Positions 62,121 through 64,000 of a DNA stretch of 64,000 nt are shown one piece after another. Every line of letters begins with the position of its first letter. Within the stretch, counting starts at the first letter, position 1. Source of the stretch: a virus; the IMG/VR virus record IMGVR_UViG_3300033183_000491, positions 1-64,000 of that record; one strand, 5' to 3'. The position numbers were made by a program, and so were the translations under genes. The notes under the pieces are model-generated. The model saw only the letters and a list, made by a program, of their open reading frames with translations. It was not told the origin of the DNA and made no database searches.

Positions 62121-62825
62121 TTAACTTCTGTTAATAAAAGAATTAACTGTTACAGGCCATAATTCAGAAATTATATTTAACATTTCGTTTGCTAATTGTT
62201 GAATTTCCCATTGTGCACCTTCATGAGTTCTAAGTTCAATAAACTTAAGAATATTATTTAAATTAGCTGTAGCATAATATTCAGTATATAAATTTTGTGG
62301 AAGAATTCCTCTTGCTTGCTCTCTACAAACACCCACTGACAGAAGAGTATCAAATAATTTTAATGAATCTTTATGATAATTTTTAATAGCTTCTGAAACT
62401 GTAACTGTTAACGGAGTTGAGCTATAATCTGTATTAAACGAAATTTCTGGATTAATTAAATCTTCAATGTTAGACGATTGTCTATTGGATTTATGTTGAG
62501 TCCTAAAAGACTCAGGTTGATAGAATTCTAAATTAGAATCTGTATATCTTCGGCTGATTTCGTTATAAGACCATGTTCTATGCCTATGATGTTGAGATCT
62601 AACAAAAAGTGGGACTTTAATTCTAAAGGTTGCAATATTATGCTCAAGAGTTGAAGTATGTTTATGATTAATAAGATAATTGATTAGTTTTTCATCTTTT
62701 TGGTCTAAAGAGTCTTTATGAACTCCGAAAGAAACTCTTGCTGAATTTACTACGGTGATATCTTCTCCGACATGTTGTACTAATTCAATTTTACCAATAT
62801 TATCATCATATAAATAATTTGTCAT
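62121..62825 (-). CDS. thyX: flavin-dependent thymidylate synthase
   Basis: Canonical ThyX signature HHRHRTWSYNEISRRY, plus ARGILPQNLYTEYYATANLNNILKFIELR. Confidence 0.9.
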   Translation of the reverse strand: MTNYLYDDNIGKIELVQHVGEDITVVNSARVSFGVHKDSLDQKDEKLINYLINHKHTSTLEHNIATFRIKVPLFVRSQHHRHRTWSYNEISRRYTDSNLEFYQPESFRTQHKSNRQSSNIEDLINPEISFNTDYSSTPLTVTVSEAIKNYHKDSLKLFDTLLSVGVCREQARGILPQNLYTEYYATANLNNILKFIELRTHEGAQWEIQQLANEMLNIISELWPVTVNSFINRS

Positions 62826-62847
62826 TAAATTTCCTCTGTTTTAATGA

Positions 62848-62877
62848 ATTATAAATTTATAATTAAACCAATTACAC
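62848..62877 (-). promoter_or_regulatory. GTGTAAAT-class promoter candidate upstream of thyX
   Basis: Minus strand: AAGTGTAATTGGTTTAATTATAAATTTATAATTCATT. Confidence 0.55.
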
Positions 62878-62880
62878 TTA

Positions 62881-63645
62881 TTAATCTTCACTATCAGTGT
62901 CATTTAATGGTTTTTCAAAGTGATAAAATGCTCCACCTGTATGTCCATCATGGATCAAAGTTGCAAAGCATCTAGCAACAGGACCTCCAAGTTTATCTTT
63001 TAGAGCTTTGTAGTAAGGATGGTTTTTAATTTCTTTCGGGATTCTCCACGAAGAAGAAGTTGAATACCCCGTATCGTACTTAATAAAATTAAATCCTGTA
63101 TTTGTACCTAGTTCGATAAAGTCTTCGTGAACTGGAAAATTTACGTGTCCAATTTTATGCTCTTTTTCAGGGGAATGAAACTGAGTATCTTTTGTGTTCA
63201 TTGGAAATCCTAATACCATTTTTCCGCCAGGACGAAGTATTCGATAAAGCTCTTTCATAATATAAGGATAGTTATGATCTTCAATATGCTCAAAAACTTC
63301 AGATGAAACCATAATATCAAACATTTCATCGTCATAAGGAAGTCCTGTTGTAATATCATGCTGTTTTAGCTGAAATTTGTTACTTTGTTTACTCCATGCC
63401 ATATCGATGTATTTTTGTTGATAATCAATACCATAATACTCTGTAAAGACAAAAAGACTTTTCATAAAGGTCCATAAACGTCCATTATAACATCCGATAT
63501 CTAAGAGTTTAGGTTGATTTTTTCCATCATATCCATTCTCTACACACCATTTCCTTACAGCTTCAACTAGGTAATTCTGTGAAAAAACAATAAATTGACA
63601 ATCAATAAGAGTTTGAGGATGTGATTTTTTTTGGATAGCAACCAT
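62881..63645 (-). CDS. class I SAM-dependent methyltransferase
   Basis: Motif I LLDIGCYNGRL, post-I YYGIDY, DIMVSSEVFEHI and LRPGGKMVLGF. Confidence 0.8.
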   Translation of the reverse strand: MVAIQKKSHPQTLIDCQFIVFSQNYLVEAVRKWCVENGYDGKNQPKLLDIGCYNGRLWTFMKSLFVFTEYYGIDYQQKYIDMAWSKQSNKFQLKQHDITTGLPYDDEMFDIMVSSEVFEHIEDHNYPYIMKELYRILRPGGKMVLGFPMNTKDTQFHSPEKEHKIGHVNFPVHEDFIELGTNTGFNFIKYDTGYSTSSSWRIPKEIKNHPYYKALKDKLGGPVARCFATLIHDGHTGGAFYHFEKPLNDTDSED

Positions 63646-63691
63646 TTAATTATATAACCTTTCATGATTTATTTGTTAATAAGATTATATA

Positions 63692-63720
63692 ATTTTAATA
63701 ATTAATGTTTAAATTTACAC
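63692..63720 (-). promoter_or_regulatory. GTGTAAAT-class promoter candidate upstream of the methyltransferase gene
   Basis: Minus strand: TTAGTGTAAATTTAAACATTAATTATTAAAATTATATAATC. The -35 overlaps the upstream stop codon. Confidence 0.5.
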
Positions 63721-64000
63721 TAAATTTTCATCAAGGCCGTAATATAATTTTTCTGCCCATGGAATAACATCCCATTTTTTATCTGAAATGTTGTGGTGAC
63801 CTACAATACTGTAATTAGATGCTTCCTTAACAGACATAACATCTAAACTTTCACAAACAGGTTTGTCTTCTAATCCAGTAGCTTCTCTTAATGATTGTAA
63901 AAATTGTCGACAAATATCAGCAAATTCATCACCAATCATTACCGTTTTGCGACCTTTTACTCTAGAATCAGGAATATTGCAAACTTGAAGTTGTGCATCT
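63715..64000 (-). CDS. hypothetical protein, 5'-truncated by the window edge
   Basis: The reading frame stays open from 63939 to the window end (..DAQLQVCNIPDSRVKGRKTVMIGDEFADI..). No family assigned. Confidence 0.55.
   Translation of the reverse strand, partial: DAQLQVCNIPDSRVKGRKTVMIGDEFADICRQFLQSLREATGLEDKPVCESLDVMSVKEASNYSIVGHHNISDKKWDVIPWAEKLYYGLDENLV

Noticed and set aside
456-62124. About 35 track ORFs that lie antisense to, or in alternative frames within, longer well-supported genes. Examples: 456-638, 1176-1388, 3044-3238, 4103-4393, 5612-5824, 6008-6229, 6926-7156, 9618-10070, 11168-11362, 13757-14047, 14922-15122, 16879-17082, 18723-18908, 19450-19635, 20901-21191, 23659-23868, 26014-26205, 30523-30723, 31987-32232, 35689-35910, 36724-36972, 40312-40551, 41430-41714, 42275-42457, 47620-47832, 47919-48155, 48333-48569, 48656-48841, 49360-49623, 50817-51056, 51643-51867, 56325-56507, 57219-57422, 58425-58613 and 61933-62124.
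   Set aside because: Each is fully embedded in a longer ORF that carries recognisable motifs or operon-consistent spacing. Their translations are low-complexity Leu/Ser/Phe/Ile strings, typical of shadow frames in AT-rich DNA. None has a convincing SD.
1-64000. CRISPR arrays, tRNA/rRNA genes, integrase/att sites, transposases and known defence or anti-defence cassettes.
   Set aside because: No spaced direct-repeat array, cloverleaf-capable GC-rich segment, or recombinase or transposase motif was seen in any frame. Intergenic space is too small to hide them. tRNAscan or Infernal should still be run, because visual screening for small RNAs is weak.
1-64000. Origin from a eukaryotic giant virus or an AT-rich bacterial chromosome or endosymbiont.
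   Set aside because: Several features point to a bacteriophage: SD-dependent starts, a sigma-70 family factor, -10 TATAAT promoters, T4-type nucleotide-metabolism genes, free-standing homing endonucleases and a fractured dnaE. Ribosomal and housekeeping operons are absent.

Overview
Visibly AT-rich, tightly packed sequence, about 85% transcribed from the minus strand. The gene content is that of a large lytic dsDNA bacteriophage, of a jumbo or T4-like marine type. It does not look like a cellular chromosome or a eukaryotic virus: Shine-Dalgarno sites are present and it encodes a sigma-70 family factor and GroEL. No rRNA, tRNA or CRISPR array was seen.

Recognisable genes:
- Replication and repair: ATP-dependent DNA ligase, a MoxR-like AAA+ ATPase with a VWA/metallopeptidase partner, a RadA/Sms-like ATPase, a 5'-3' exonuclease/FEN, UvdE, a photolyase-family protein, Fpg/Nei and Fe/Mn superoxide dismutase.
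- Purine block: purB, purA and an IMPDH/GMP-reductase family gene.
- dTTP-supply set: dCMP deaminase, thymidine kinase, a dNMP kinase, a dimeric-dUTPase-like gene, two ThyX-like genes and a deoxyribosyltransferase-like gene.
- dnaE: fractured by a split intein with a free-standing Vsr-like homing endonuclease gene between the halves.

Most notable observations:
1. An in-frame TAG inside the first PHP motif of dnaE, buried in a 20-bp stem, with Ser codons placed so that a 9-nt hop would restore the canonical motif.
2. An N-terminal amphipathic leader ending in (I/L)(I/L)xE, shared by about 20 otherwise unrelated ORFs. These include five tandem polybasic proteins, SOD and a HAD phosphatase. It may be a capsid-targeting propeptide.
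3. A 13-copy promoter class, GTGTAAAT-N16/17-TATAAT.
4. A sigma factor whose region 4.2 lies in a separate, +1-shifted ORF.
5. A possible GMP-to-AMP conversion module.

All functional calls rest on motif recognition by eye. No database search was run.
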